From Gemmatimonadota bacterium (GTDB lineage Bacteria; Gemmatimonadota; Gemmatimonadetes; Palauibacterales; KS3-K002): a stretch of DNA of 42,209 nt. The first letter of the stretch is position 1, and the number at the start of each line of letters is the position of its first letter. The notes below the pieces were generated by a model. That model saw only the letters and a list, made by a program, of their open reading frames with translations. It was not told the origin of the DNA and did no database searches. Of this stretch, positions 8,802-18,506 are shown in pieces. The translations under genes were made by a program, and so were the position numbers. Location: positions 15,505 through 57,713 of the forward strand of contig JBDHJS010000059.1 of the NCBI GenBank assembly GCA_039586795.1, given 5' to 3'.

Positions 8802-9182
8802 CTAGTGATGCAACGGTTCCGCTTTCCTCGTGAAGATGCTCCGAAAGTACGACCAGTAGGCCACGACGAGGAACGCGGTGAGCGCGAAGATAATGATATC
8901 CAGGACGAGGAAGCTCCGGTCAACGAGAATACCGTAAAGAGCGATGTTGGTCGCGATAGGCCCCAAGACGACCAACGCGACTGGCACGTAGAAGTTTGCC
9001 ACAAGCATCACTCCGCCCAACACCTGCAACGACTTCACTACGATGAATAACCCGGCGTCCGACATGATCTGGATGAACGGATGCGGCACGCCGAACGATA
9101 TGATCTCCACCCAGTCGTTCAACCCGAACGTGATGAACACGAGACCCAGAAAGAGGCGGGCACCGGTCGCGGCTATCTTCAT
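8802..9182 (-). CDS. DoxX-like membrane protein
   Basis: ARLFLGLVFITFGLN and LGPIATNI; GGAGGGAG before ATG 9182. Confidence 0.8.
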   Translation of the reverse strand: MKIAATGARLFLGLVFITFGLNDWVEIISFGVPHPFIQIMSDAGLFIVVKSLQVLGGVMLVANFYVPVALVVLGPIATNIALYGILVDRSFLVLDIIIFALTAFLVVAYWSYFRSIFTRKAEPLHH

Positions 9183-9752
9183 ACTCCCTCCGTGGTTGGG
9201 GCTCCCACAAGTTCTCGCCAAACACCCTGGTTAGGCAACCATCGTCACCGGCGACGCTCGATTGGAACAGCGGTAATCGCTGGGTCGACGTCGTTTGGAT
9301 CACGGGGTACGCGCTTGCCTGTTTGTGGATCGCTTGGGAATGGCGTGAATGGAGGCTGCCCCAGGCTTTGCGCCGACGAACCGGGGCTGCAGGTTCCGCT
9401 TCCCAGTGGCCTCGGTCGAACGGGCTGGCGTCCGGACATTTTACGTAACATCACACACTTTTCTATGGTCGCTATGTAAACAACACTAGGAAATTTCACC
9501 AAATTCGACGACCCCGCGTTATCGGCCGTTCGCTCGGCGTGGGGCCGTTTGCGCCACCCCTGACCGGGCCGTATTTTCTAACAGTTTAACATCCTGCGGG
9601 GCTACAGCCCGCCGACCGTCGGTCGTCGGGAGGCCCCCGGTGCAGGTACTGATCCTGACAGCCCCAGCCTGACCCCAGGTCCGGAACGACGCGTCCGCGG
9701 CCAAAGCGTCCCGCCTCTTTGGCGGCTCTGCGTCCAAAGGACATACCACTAT

Positions 9753-11549
9753 ATGAACGGTGCGCTAGGCGTACGCTGGGACGATCTACCTCTGCTTCGT
9801 GATCGCGCCGTCTCGCTGCTCGAGACGGGGCCGGCTCGCGGGCCGGCATTGGCGGAGGAGATGTTCGGGATGCGGTATGGGCCGACGCGGCTGGCGACCT
9901 CGTTAGTGCGAGAGGTTCTCAAGCCGGACCCACGGTTTCTGTCGAATCGGGGTCGCTGGCGGCTCACTTTGGGCGAGTCGGCCGTGACCGAGCTGCCGCT
10001 CCGGGACATGGAGTTCGTAGTCGTCGACGTCGAGTCGACGGGCGGCTCGCCGAAACGGGGCGATCGGCTGACCGAAGTGGCGGCGGTTCGAATGGTAGGC
10101 GGCGAGGTCGTCGACTGTTGGGAATCGCTGGTTAATCCGCGGCGACCGATCCCGCCATCGGTGTCACGGCTGACGCAGATCACCGACGAGATGGTCGCCG
10201 GGGCGCCGACGTTTGGCGAACTGGCCGACGAACTGCGGGGCGCGTTGGAAGGTGCGGTTTTCGTCGCCCACAACGTCAGCTTCGACTGGCGGTTGTTGCA
10301 GGCGGAGTACGAGCGCTGCAAAGGCGGGCGGCTTGACGGTGAAGTTCTCTGCACGCTGCGCTTGGCTCGGAAGCTCCATCCGGAGTTACGGCGCCGCAGT
10401 TTAGGGGCGCTGGCGGACTACTATTCCATCGGGTTTGAGGACTGGCATCGAGCGGGGCCGGATGCCAGGGCGACTGCGGAGTTGCTGAGTCGGTTCTTGA
10501 AGCGACTGGAAGATGAAGAGGTCACCGATTGGGGGCGCTTGCAGTTGTATTTGAAGGGGCAGTGGCCCGTTGAAGACGAGGGCGCGGGCGCGGGCGCGGA
10601 CGGGGCGACGAAGAAGACGAAGGGAAAGACCAAAGGTCGCCGAAAGGGCAATGGCAGGAAGAAGAAGCGGAACGGAAAGATGGGAGATGTGAACACGCGC
10701 CAACTGGGTGATTTCCGATTGCATTCTCTGAACGCGGGGATGCAGCGGCTGGACGGTGGCGCAATGTTCGGGGTTGTGCCCAAGCCGCTCTGGGAGAAGA
10801 AGATCGCGCCCGACGACCGCAACCGAATACCCCTTGCCATGCGACCGCTACTCGTCGAGGCCGGCTACGAGCTGGTGCTCATCGATACCGGCGCCGGCAA
10901 CAAGGAAGACGACAAGTTCAAGGACATCTACGGACTCGAGAACGAAGGTGAGCCTTCGGCCCTCGAGGACTCGATCCGTGCTGCCGGCTTCAACCCCGGC
11001 GATGTGACACTCGTCATAAACACGCATCTCCACTTCGATCACGCGGGCGGCAACACGGTCCAACTCCCCGACGGTGAAATCGTCCCGGCGTTCCCCGGTG
11101 CTCCCCACGTCGTTCAGGCGGCCGAGTGGGAGTTCGCCCACCTGCAAAACGAGCGGGTGAAGGCCAGCTACCTGCTTCACAACTTCGACCCGGTGGAAGC
11201 AGCAGGGCTGTTCGAGACAGTGGAGGGTCCCAAGGAGATTGTACCCGGCGTTACAGTTCTCCCGACGCCGGGGCACACGCCGGGACACCAGTCTGTTCTG
11301 ATAGAGTCGGCGGGCGAAAAGGCCCTCTATCTGGCCGATTTGGTGCCCACCGCGGCCCACCTTCCCCTGGCGTGGATCATGGGCTACGACGTGGAACCGC
11401 TGATCACACTTGAGATTAAGCGGGGCGTGCTGGGAAGACTGGAGCAGGAACGGAGTTTGCTGGTATTTGAGCACGACCCCAACACATCCTGGGGCTACCT
11501 AGCGCCTCAGGAAAAGAAGCCGACTCTGGTCGCCGAGCGGCCAGACTGA
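9753..11549 (+). CDS. DEDDh 3'-5' exonuclease (DnaQ-like) in frame with an MBL-fold hydrolase (YtnP-like)
   Basis: VVDVESTG, VAHNVSFD, HRAGPDA; then LDGGAMFGVVPKPLW, THLHFDHAGG, PGHTPGH, FEHD. No stop between them; internal ATG at 10680. Confidence 0.85.
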   Translation: MNGALGVRWDDLPLLRDRAVSLLETGPARGPALAEEMFGMRYGPTRLATSLVREVLKPDPRFLSNRGRWRLTLGESAVTELPLRDMEFVVVDVESTGGSPKRGDRLTEVAAVRMVGGEVVDCWESLVNPRRPIPPSVSRLTQITDEMVAGAPTFGELADELRGALEGAVFVAHNVSFDWRLLQAEYERCKGGRLDGEVLCTLRLARKLHPELRRRSLGALADYYSIGFEDWHRAGPDARATAELLSRFLKRLEDEEVTDWGRLQLYLKGQWPVEDEGAGAGADGATKKTKGKTKGRRKGNGRKKKRNGKMGDVNTRQLGDFRLHSLNAGMQRLDGGAMFGVVPKPLWEKKIAPDDRNRIPLAMRPLLVEAGYELVLIDTGAGNKEDDKFKDIYGLENEGEPSALEDSIRAAGFNPGDVTLVINTHLHFDHAGGNTVQLPDGEIVPAFPGAPHVVQAAEWEFAHLQNERVKASYLLHNFDPVEAAGLFETVEGPKEIVPGVTVLPTPGHTPGHQSVLIESAGEKALYLADLVPTAAHLPLAWIMGYDVEPLITLEIKRGVLGRLEQERSLLVFEHDPNTSWGYLAPQEKKPTLVAERPD

Positions 11550-11567
11550 GACATAGGTGTGACTGTT

Positions 11568-12782
11568 ATGTCCGACGCAAAGACCACCCCGGTTATCGTT
11601 AGCAGCGCCAGGACGCCGATTGGCCGGTTTCTCGGCGGTCTGGCCAAGTTCAAGGCCCCTCAGCTCGGCTCCCTCGTCATCAAGGAGGCGGTGGAGCGAG
11701 CCGGTATCAAACCGGACCAGGTAGAGGACGTGATCATGGGCAACGTCCTGCAGGGCGGTGTCGGCCAGGCGCCGGCCCGGCAGGCGTCGATTGGCGCGGG
11801 CATCCCGGCCAGCGTGCCCGCGGTGACGATCAACAAGGTGTGCGGGTCCGGTCTCAAGTCCGTTATGCTCGCCGCGCAGGCGATCAAGGCGGGCGACAAC
11901 GAGGTTATCGTCGCCGGCGGCCAGGAATCGATGTCCAACGCTCCCTACTACCTGTTTGGCTATCGAGACGGCGTGAAGTTCGGCACCAAGAATATGGTGG
12001 ACGGATTGATCCACGACGGCCTCTGGTGCGGCTTCTACGATTGCCATATGGGTGGCCACGCCGAGTACACGGCCATGAAGGCTGATGTGTCGCGCGCCGA
12101 CCAGGACGAGTTTGCCTACCAGAGCCACATGAAAGCGGTTGCGGCGATGGAGGCCGGCAAATTCGACAACGAGATCGTCAAGGTCGAGGTGAAGGGTCGC
12201 AAGGGGAAAGTCGACATCGTCGACAAGGACGAGAACCCGCGAGCTGACACCACCGTAGAGTCGCTGGCTAAGCTGAAGCCAGCATTCGGTGACAGCGCAC
12301 CCGAAGAGGTCAAGGAGTACAGCGTGACCGCCGGCAACGCGTCCGCGCTAAACGACGGTGCCGCGGCTGTGCTCGTCACCTCCCAAGCATTCGCGGAAGC
12401 GAATGGGCTCGAAATCATGGCGCGCATCAGGAACTACTCGGTTGGCGCGACGGAGCCCAACGACCTGTTCTTTGCCCCCATCGACGCGGTGGAGAAGTTG
12501 ATGGCGAAGGACGGGACCAAGATCAACGACTACGACCTGATCGAGGCTAACGAGGCGTTTGCCGTGCAAGCCATCGCCGACGGTCGCGGACTGGGTTGGG
12601 ACTTTGACCGCGTCAACGTGCATGGCGGCGCCGTAGCTCTCGGGCACCCCATCGGCGCGTCCGGCGCGCGGATTCTTGTGACGCTGCTTGGCGCCATGCA
12701 GGATCGCAACGCCAACCTCGGGTTGGCCACGCTGTGCTTGGGCGGCGGCAACGCGGTAGCCGTCAGCGTAGAGCGCGTATAA
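11568..12782 (+). CDS. Acetyl-CoA C-acetyltransferase (thiolase)
   Basis: NKVCGSG, NEAFA, GHPIGASG, CLGGG. Confidence 0.96.
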   Translation: MSDAKTTPVIVSSARTPIGRFLGGLAKFKAPQLGSLVIKEAVERAGIKPDQVEDVIMGNVLQGGVGQAPARQASIGAGIPASVPAVTINKVCGSGLKSVMLAAQAIKAGDNEVIVAGGQESMSNAPYYLFGYRDGVKFGTKNMVDGLIHDGLWCGFYDCHMGGHAEYTAMKADVSRADQDEFAYQSHMKAVAAMEAGKFDNEIVKVEVKGRKGKVDIVDKDENPRADTTVESLAKLKPAFGDSAPEEVKEYSVTAGNASALNDGAAAVLVTSQAFAEANGLEIMARIRNYSVGATEPNDLFFAPIDAVEKLMAKDGTKINDYDLIEANEAFAVQAIADGRGLGWDFDRVNVHGGAVALGHPIGASGARILVTLLGAMQDRNANLGLATLCLGGGNAVAVSVERV

Positions 12783-12815
12783 GGGTAACTAAGAGAGAAG
12801 ACGAGAGACGACGCC

Positions 12816-12962
12816 GTGGAATCGAACTCCGCTATACGGGACACGAACACCAGTCTGACGCGACCGACTGGCGCGGGGTCGTCTCTGTCTGTACCGGTAG
12901 TCCTACTGGCTTTGGTTCTGATTACGACCGATTCGCCGTATTCAGCCCTCGCGCCCCATTAG
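12816..12962 (+). CDS. Putative 48-aa leader peptide rich in branched-chain amino acids (not in the ORF track)
   Basis: GTG 12816 to TAG 12962 encodes MESNSAIRDTNTSLTRPTGAGSSLSVPVVLLALVLITTDSPYSALAPH; 10 of 13 codons at 12885-12923 are L/V/I. Confidence 0.5.
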   Translation: MESNSAIRDTNTSLTRPTGAGSSLSVPVVLLALVLITTDSPYSALAPH

Positions 12963-12980
12963 GCCGAGGGCTTTTTGTTT
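12944..12980 (+). terminator. Intrinsic terminator between thiolase and hbd
   Basis: agccctcg(c)gcc-ccatta-ggc-cgagggct followed by ttttgttt. Confidence 0.8.
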
Positions 12981-13025
12981 GACTCGTGCGCGCCCCATAC
13001 CATCCAGCAAGAAGGCGAGAACGAG

Positions 13026-13880
13026 ATGAGTGATGCAATGAAAGTCGCAGTTATCGGCAGCGGAACGATGGGCAACGGCATTGCCCACGTCTTCGCGCAG
13101 AGCGGGTTCGACGTCGCGTTGATCGACGTCGATCAGAGTTTCCTGGAAAAAGCGATCGCCACGATTGACAAGAACCTCGGCCGTCTGGTCAAGAAAGAGA
13201 AGATCGACGAGGCGACCAAGGACGCGACCCTGGGCCGCATCACGACGTCAACCGACCTTGCTGATGCCAAGGGCGCGACCGTCGTCGTGGAGGCGATCAC
13301 CGAGGACGAGGCCCTCAAGGCGGAGATCTTCCAGAAGCTCGACAAGGTCGTCGGCGACGACACGATCCTCGCCAGCAACACCAGCTCGATACCCATCACG
13401 CGGCTGGCCGCTCACACCAGTCGGCCCGAGAAGTTCATCGGCATGCACTTTATGAATCCCGTGCCGGTGATGAAGCTGGTGGAGGTGATCCGCGGGCTCG
13501 CAACTTCTGACGAGACCACGGAAACGGTCATGAAGCTCTCGGCCGACCTCGGTAAGACACCGGTCATCGCCAACGATTCGCCCGGCTTCATCAGCAACCG
13601 GGTGCTGATGCCGATGATCAACGAGGCGATCTTCGCGTTCCACGAGGGTGTCGCGGAGGCCGAGGCGATTGACGAAATTATGAAGCTCGGCATGAACCAC
13701 CCCATCGGGCCGCTCGCCCTGGCCGATTTGATCGGTCTGGACGTCTGCCTGTTCATCCTCAACGTCCTCCACCAGGATCTGGGCGAGGACAAGTATCGGC
13801 CGTGTCCGCTGTTGAGGAAGTATGTGGACGCGGGCTGGCTGGGAAGGAAGTCGGGGCGGGGATTCTACAGTTACGAGTAA
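13026..13880 (+). CDS. hbd: 3-hydroxybutyryl-CoA dehydrogenase
   Basis: GSGTMGNGIA, ASNTSS, GMHFMNP, PGFISNR, GPLALADLIGLD, LGRKSGRGFY. Confidence 0.93.
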   Translation: MSDAMKVAVIGSGTMGNGIAHVFAQSGFDVALIDVDQSFLEKAIATIDKNLGRLVKKEKIDEATKDATLGRITTSTDLADAKGATVVVEAITEDEALKAEIFQKLDKVVGDDTILASNTSSIPITRLAAHTSRPEKFIGMHFMNPVPVMKLVEVIRGLATSDETTETVMKLSADLGKTPVIANDSPGFISNRVLMPMINEAIFAFHEGVAEAEAIDEIMKLGMNHPIGPLALADLIGLDVCLFILNVLHQDLGEDKYRPCPLLRKYVDAGWLGRKSGRGFYSYE

Positions 13881-13950
13881 GAGGTAAAAGGAGTAAGGGG
13901 TAAGGGGGCAGGAGTACCCCACACTCCTCACCCCGTACCCCTTACCACCT
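13875..13950. repeat. Heptamer-based inverted repeat (GTAAGGG / CCCTTAC-like)
   Basis: gagtaag aggtaaa aggagtaaggggtaagggg followed by the complementary run ctcctcaccccgtaccccttacc. Confidence 0.75.
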
Positions 13951-13964
13951 ATGCGAGTGAATAG

Positions 13965-15134
13965 ATGAAACGCGACTACACTCTAAACGAAGACCAGGAG
14001 CAGATCCGCCAGCTCGCCCGCGACTTTGCCGAAAACGAATTGCGGTCGCGGACGGTGGAGTGGGATCGTAACTCTCAGTTCCACGGTGAAGTGATGCCGT
14101 TGATGGCGGAGCTCGGGTTCTTCGGCATGCTGCTGCCCGAGGAGTACGACGGACTCGGGTTGGGCATGCTCGATTACCTGGTCGCGTTGGAGCAGATCGC
14201 GTGGGGCGATGCGTCGGTGGCCATCACAGTTTCGGTGCACAACTCGCTGCCGACCCAGATGATCCTGAAGTATGGCAGCGAAGAGCAGAAGAAGATGTGG
14301 TTGCCACCCATGGCGCGGGGTGAGGCGTTGGGAGCGTTCGCGCTGTCGGAGGCCGGATCCGGCAGCGATGCTGCCAGCCTCAAGGCTCGGGCCGAGCCAG
14401 ACGGCGACGGCTGGCTGCTCAACGGTGAAAAACTCTGGGTGACCAACGGCGGCGAAGCGAAGATATTGCTCGTCATGCTGCGCACCGACACCGCTCGCGA
14501 GCGCCGCGGGCCTCGCGGAATCGGAGCCTTCGTTGTGCCCACGGACACCCCGGGCTACATAGTGGGCAAGAAGGAAGACAAGACCGGCTTGCGTGGGTCG
14601 GAGACGGTGTCTGTCAGCTTCGACAACTGTCGCGTGGGCCCGGAATCGCTGCTCGGCGAGGCGGATAAGGGCTTCATCTACGCGCTGTCCAGCTTGGAAG
14701 GCGGGCGGTTAGGCGTCGGCGCTCAGGCGCTGGGGATAGCACAGGCCGCGTTCGATCACACGGTCAGCTACGCCGGCGTCCGGAAGCAGTTTGGGCGCCC
14801 GATCAAGGACTTCCAAGGACTGGGATTCAAGATCGCCGACATGAGTACGCGCATCGAGGCGTCACGGGGCTTGCTCTACAGGGCCGCCCGGGCTTGGGAC
14901 GCCGGCCGTTCCGATATGCGCCTCTCCAGCATGACGAAATTGTACGCCAGCGAGACGGCGGTCTGGGTTACGTCTCAGGCGATCAACATCTTCGGTGGTT
15001 ACGGCTTCATGAAGGAGTATCCGGTGGAGAAGCTGTTTCGGGATGCGAAGGTCACAGAGATCTATGAGGGCACCAGTGAGATCCAACGGTTGGTGATCAC
15101 CAAAACCCTGTTTCAGGAGCAAGTGAAGGACTAA
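13965..15134 (+). CDS. Acyl-CoA dehydrogenase (short/branched-chain type)
   Basis: FALSEAGSGSD, NGEKLWVTNG, RKQFG, GGYGF, IYEGTSEIQR. Confidence 0.95.
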   Translation: MKRDYTLNEDQEQIRQLARDFAENELRSRTVEWDRNSQFHGEVMPLMAELGFFGMLLPEEYDGLGLGMLDYLVALEQIAWGDASVAITVSVHNSLPTQMILKYGSEEQKKMWLPPMARGEALGAFALSEAGSGSDAASLKARAEPDGDGWLLNGEKLWVTNGGEAKILLVMLRTDTARERRGPRGIGAFVVPTDTPGYIVGKKEDKTGLRGSETVSVSFDNCRVGPESLLGEADKGFIYALSSLEGGRLGVGAQALGIAQAAFDHTVSYAGVRKQFGRPIKDFQGLGFKIADMSTRIEASRGLLYRAARAWDAGRSDMRLSSMTKLYASETAVWVTSQAINIFGGYGFMKEYPVEKLFRDAKVTEIYEGTSEIQRLVITKTLFQEQVKD

Positions 15135-15171
15135 AACGCGGACCTGATAAATAGAAAGACGAGGTGTCGAG

Positions 15172-16227
15172 ATGGAAGTCTTTAAAGGCATGGGTAAATG
15201 GGGCCACGAGCAGGTTCTGTTCACCCGCGAGGAGTCGATAGGCTACTACGGCATCATCGCGATCCACGACACGACTCTTGGGCCTGCGCTCGGCGGTACA
15301 CGCCTCTGGAATTACGCCTCCGAGGACGAGGCGGTCATCGATGTTCTGCGCCTGTCGATGGGGATGACCTACAAGGCGGCGGTCGCCGGCCTCAACCTGG
15401 GCGGCGGCAAGTCGGTGATCATGGGAGACCCCGATCAGCCGCGCCGCGAGATGATCTTCCGAGCGCATGGTCGAGCCGTCGAGACGTTGAAGGGTCGCTA
15501 CATCACAGCGGAAGACGTGGGTACGTCTGTCGAAGATATGGACTACGTCCACATGGAGACGGAGCATGTCGTCGGCATCGCCGGCCGTTCCGGCGATCCG
15601 TCACCCGTCACCGCCTACGGCACCTATCGCGGGATGAAGGCCTGTGCCTTGGAGAAGTACGGCGATGATTCCCTCAAGGGCAGGACGGTAGCCGTACAGG
15701 GCGTCGGCCACGTCGGATATTACCTGTGCGAAAACCTCGCCGCCGAGGGCGCCAGCCTTATCGTCACCGACATCAGCGACGACAAGGTCGCCCGCTGCGT
15801 CGAGGACTTCGGCGCCGAAGCGGTAAAGGCGGACGAGATCTACGCCGTCGATGCGGACATCTTCGCACCCTGCGCGCTGGGCGCCATCGTCAACGAAAAG
15901 ACGCTGCCTCAGCTCAAGGTCAAGATTATCGCCGGCGCGGCGAACAACCAGCTGGCCAAGCACGAAAACGCCAAAGCCGTTCAGGAAGCCGATATTCTTT
16001 ACGCGCCCGACTACGTCATCAACGCGGGCGGCCTGATCAACGTCTACTCAGAGCTGGCCGACTGGACAACTGATCGCTCGAAGCGCAAAGCCGGCGAAAT
16101 CTATCAAACGCTGATCGAGGTGTTCGAGTTGGCACGTGAGGAGAAGCTGACGACGGCTGACGCCGCGGATCGCATCGCTGAGCGGCGGATCGAGACGGTC
16201 GGGCGACTGCATCGTTCGTGCGGCTGA
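15172..16227 (+). CDS. Leucine dehydrogenase (Leu/Phe/Val dehydrogenase family)
   Basis: GPALGGTR, MTYK, GGGKSVI, AEDVGT, GAANNQL, PDYVINAGG. Confidence 0.93.
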   Translation: MEVFKGMGKWGHEQVLFTREESIGYYGIIAIHDTTLGPALGGTRLWNYASEDEAVIDVLRLSMGMTYKAAVAGLNLGGGKSVIMGDPDQPRREMIFRAHGRAVETLKGRYITAEDVGTSVEDMDYVHMETEHVVGIAGRSGDPSPVTAYGTYRGMKACALEKYGDDSLKGRTVAVQGVGHVGYYLCENLAAEGASLIVTDISDDKVARCVEDFGAEAVKADEIYAVDADIFAPCALGAIVNEKTLPQLKVKIIAGAANNQLAKHENAKAVQEADILYAPDYVINAGGLINVYSELADWTTDRSKRKAGEIYQTLIEVFELAREEKLTTADAADRIAERRIETVGRLHRSCG

Positions 16228-16299
16228 GTCTTTCAAAGGGGGACAAGTAGACGAGTCAGGATCGTCCACACGTCTACATCTAAGTAAGGTGCTAGGACC

Positions 16300-17580
16300 G
16301 TGAAGAACCTGGAACAAGTAGATCACGACGTCTTTCAAGCGATCATCGACGAGACCCATCGGCAGGGCGAAGGGCTGGAGCTCATCGCCAGCGAGAATTT
16401 CGTTTCGCCCGCCGTTCTGGAGGCCATGGGCTCCGTCTTCACGAACAAGTATGCCGAGGGCTATCCTGGAAAGCGGTACTACGGCGGCTGCGAATACGCC
16501 GACGTGGCGGAGGATCTGGCCCGAAGTCGCGCCTGCGAGCTGTTCGGCGCCGACCACGCCAACGTGCAACCCCACGCCGGCGCCCAGGCCAACATGGCCG
16601 TCTACTTCTCGCTCCTCGAGCCTGGGGACGCCATCCTTGGCATGAACCTGTCGCACGGCGGCCATCTCACCCACGGCTCACCGGTCAACTTCAGCGGCCA
16701 GCTCTACAACGTCGTCGCCTACGGTGTCCGCGAAGATACGGGCTGCATCGACCTCGATCAGGTCCGCGAACTGGCGAAGCAACACCGGCCGAAGCTCATC
16801 GTCGCTGGCGCTAGCGCGTACCCGCGCGTCATCGACTTCGAGAGCTTCGCCACCATCGCCAAGGAGGTCGATGCGCGCTTGATGGTGGATATGGCTCACA
16901 TCGCAGGACTCGTCGCCGCCGGGCTCCACCCATCGCCCGTACCCTTCTCGGATGCGGTCACGACGACCACGCACAAGACGCTGCGCGGACCTCGTGGTGG
17001 GCTCATCCTCTGCACGGAGGAGCTGTCCAAGCCCATCGACAAGGCTGTCTTCCCCGGCATGCAGGGAGGTCCGCTGGTCCATGTCATCGCCGCAAAAGCC
17101 GTCGCCCTCAAAGAGGCGATGAGCGATAGCTTCCGTGAGTACTCCCAGCAGGTGATCGATAACGCGGCCGCGCTGGGCGACGAGCTGATGGAGCGCGGCT
17201 ACCAGCTGGTGTCGGGCGGCACCGATAATCACTTGCTCCTCGTCGACCTTCGTAACACCGACCTCACCGGCAAGGACGCCGAGGAGGCGTTAGGCCGCGC
17301 CAACATCACCGTCAATAAGAACACCGTCCCCTTCGAGACTCGCTCGCCGTTCGTGACGTCCGGTATCAGGATCGGTACACCCGCCCTCACCACCCGGGGC
17401 ATGGGCGTCGCGGAGATGCGTCAGATCGGCACCTGGATCGACGAGATCCTCCGGGCCCATACCGACGAATCGGTCGCCGAGCGCGTCTGCAAAGAGGTCC
17501 TCGCCATGTGTGAGGAGTTCCCGCTGTACGAGAAGTGGGTGGCCGGGACCTTCACACGGCCTGCTGGTATGGGCAGGTAA
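16300..17580 (+). CDS. glyA: Serine hydroxymethyltransferase
   Basis: [41 protein letters not shown]. Confidence 0.98.
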   Translation: MKNLEQVDHDVFQAIIDETHRQGEGLELIASENFVSPAVLEAMGSVFTNKYAEGYPGKRYYGGCEYADVAEDLARSRACELFGADHANVQPHAGAQANMAVYFSLLEPGDAILGMNLSHGGHLTHGSPVNFSGQLYNVVAYGVREDTGCIDLDQVRELAKQHRPKLIVAGASAYPRVIDFESFATIAKEVDARLMVDMAHIAGLVAAGLHPSPVPFSDAVTTTTHKTLRGPRGGLILCTEELSKPIDKAVFPGMQGGPLVHVIAAKAVALKEAMSDSFREYSQQVIDNAAALGDELMERGYQLVSGGTDNHLLLVDLRNTDLTGKDAEEALGRANITVNKNTVPFETRSPFVTSGIRIGTPALTTRGMGVAEMRQIGTWIDEILRAHTDESVAERVCKEVLAMCEEFPLYEKWVAGTFTRPAGMGR

Positions 17581-17589
17581 GCTGCCTAG

Positions 17590-17677
17590 ATTCTGGGATT
17601 CGGGGCTTACGAGAGTCGGGGGTTGGCAATGTTCAACCCCCGATCTTCGTAACCCCAGAACCCCCAAATCCCTGAAT
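17590..17677. repeat. Octamer-based imperfect inverted repeat after glyA, with a partial copy at 6507-6539 (minus strand)
   Basis: attctgggattcggggcttacgagagtcggggg ... ccccgatcttcgtaaccccagaacccccaaatccctgaat; 17 nt identical to the reverse complement of 6523-6539. Confidence 0.75.
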
Positions 17678-17822
17678 CAGCGTGCCGGCCTTGACTCACG
17701 TCGATCTCGACCAGAGCTTGTAGGGGTGCCCACGGAGGGCGCGGATCATTGGGGGATCGCTCATATGCCAAGAGCCACCACACTTCTCGGGACGTCAGGA
17801 CGCTGAGGCGGGGCGGGGTGCG

Positions 17823-18200
17823 ATGGTAGGAGACAACGTGCTGGCCAGGCTTCACGAGCAGAATCCGCGCTACTCGGAGACCGCCTACCTGTTTGTTCTT
17901 ACCGCGCTCCAGTTCGTCATCGACCGTCTCGAAGAGCCGCGACATATCACGGGCCAGGAGCTGGCCGCCGGATGTCGCGACCTGGCTCTTGACCGGTTTG
18001 GGCCCATGGCCCGCACGGTTCTTCAGCATTGGGGCATCCACTCGACCTGCGACATGGGCGAAATCGTCTATGCGCTCATCGAGTGTAACGTGCTCACCAA
18101 GCAGGAGAGCGACAGTCCAGACGATTTCCTCGATGTTTTCGATTTCGAGGAGGCTTTCGAGCGCGACTATCCTTGGGGAAGGGTCAAGCCGAAGCGCTAA
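17823..18200 (+). CDS. Minf_1886-family protein
   Basis: PRY..AYLFV, RHITGQEL, FGPMARTVL..WGI, DMGEIVY, DDF..VFDFEEAF. Confidence 0.85.
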   Translation: MVGDNVLARLHEQNPRYSETAYLFVLTALQFVIDRLEEPRHITGQELAAGCRDLALDRFGPMARTVLQHWGIHSTCDMGEIVYALIECNVLTKQESDSPDDFLDVFDFEEAFERDYPWGRVKPKR

Positions 18201-18248
18201 GCGCAGCGGTCGGGCCGCGGGAGAAGTCCTACCTTTGAGTGGGGGGAG

Positions 18249-18455
18249 GTGAGCCAGTTGGACCGGGAGCGGGAATTCCCTAACTGCAAGAAGTGCAACG
18301 ACGGGTGCATGGTCCCACTATCGGACTACGGGCGCGAAGGTGCGCCGATCATGTACAAGGCATGGGTCTGTAGTAACCCGGAATGTGGCTTCAACATTCG
18401 GATCGACAACGGCGAGATCAGCTTCGGCCGCAACGTACAGCAATCCTACAAGTAG
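18249..18455 (+). CDS. Small putative Zn-ribbon protein
   Basis: CKKC and CSNPEC in 68 aa; purine-rich GGGGGAG directly before the GTG. Confidence 0.75.
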   Translation: MSQLDREREFPNCKKCNDGCMVPLSDYGREGAPIMYKAWVCSNPECGFNIRIDNGEISFGRNVQQSYK

Positions 18456-18506
18456 CGGACGCCGGTTCGCCCCCGCTAGCCCGAACCCTGTTCATACGGT
18501 GAAGCC

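Noticed and set aside
9395..9415. Minus-strand GCCACTGGGAAG resembling a cobalamin riboswitch
   Set aside because: The other conserved boxes are absent and the downstream gene has no B12 link.
9675..9700. CAGGTCCGGAA resembling the SRP RNA domain IV
   Set aside because: It continues CGACGCGTC rather than GGAAGCAGC, and no enclosing long helix is visible.
12783..12980. T-box riboswitch as the explanation for the terminator
   Set aside because: No GGTGGNACC T-box sequence or recognisable stem I.
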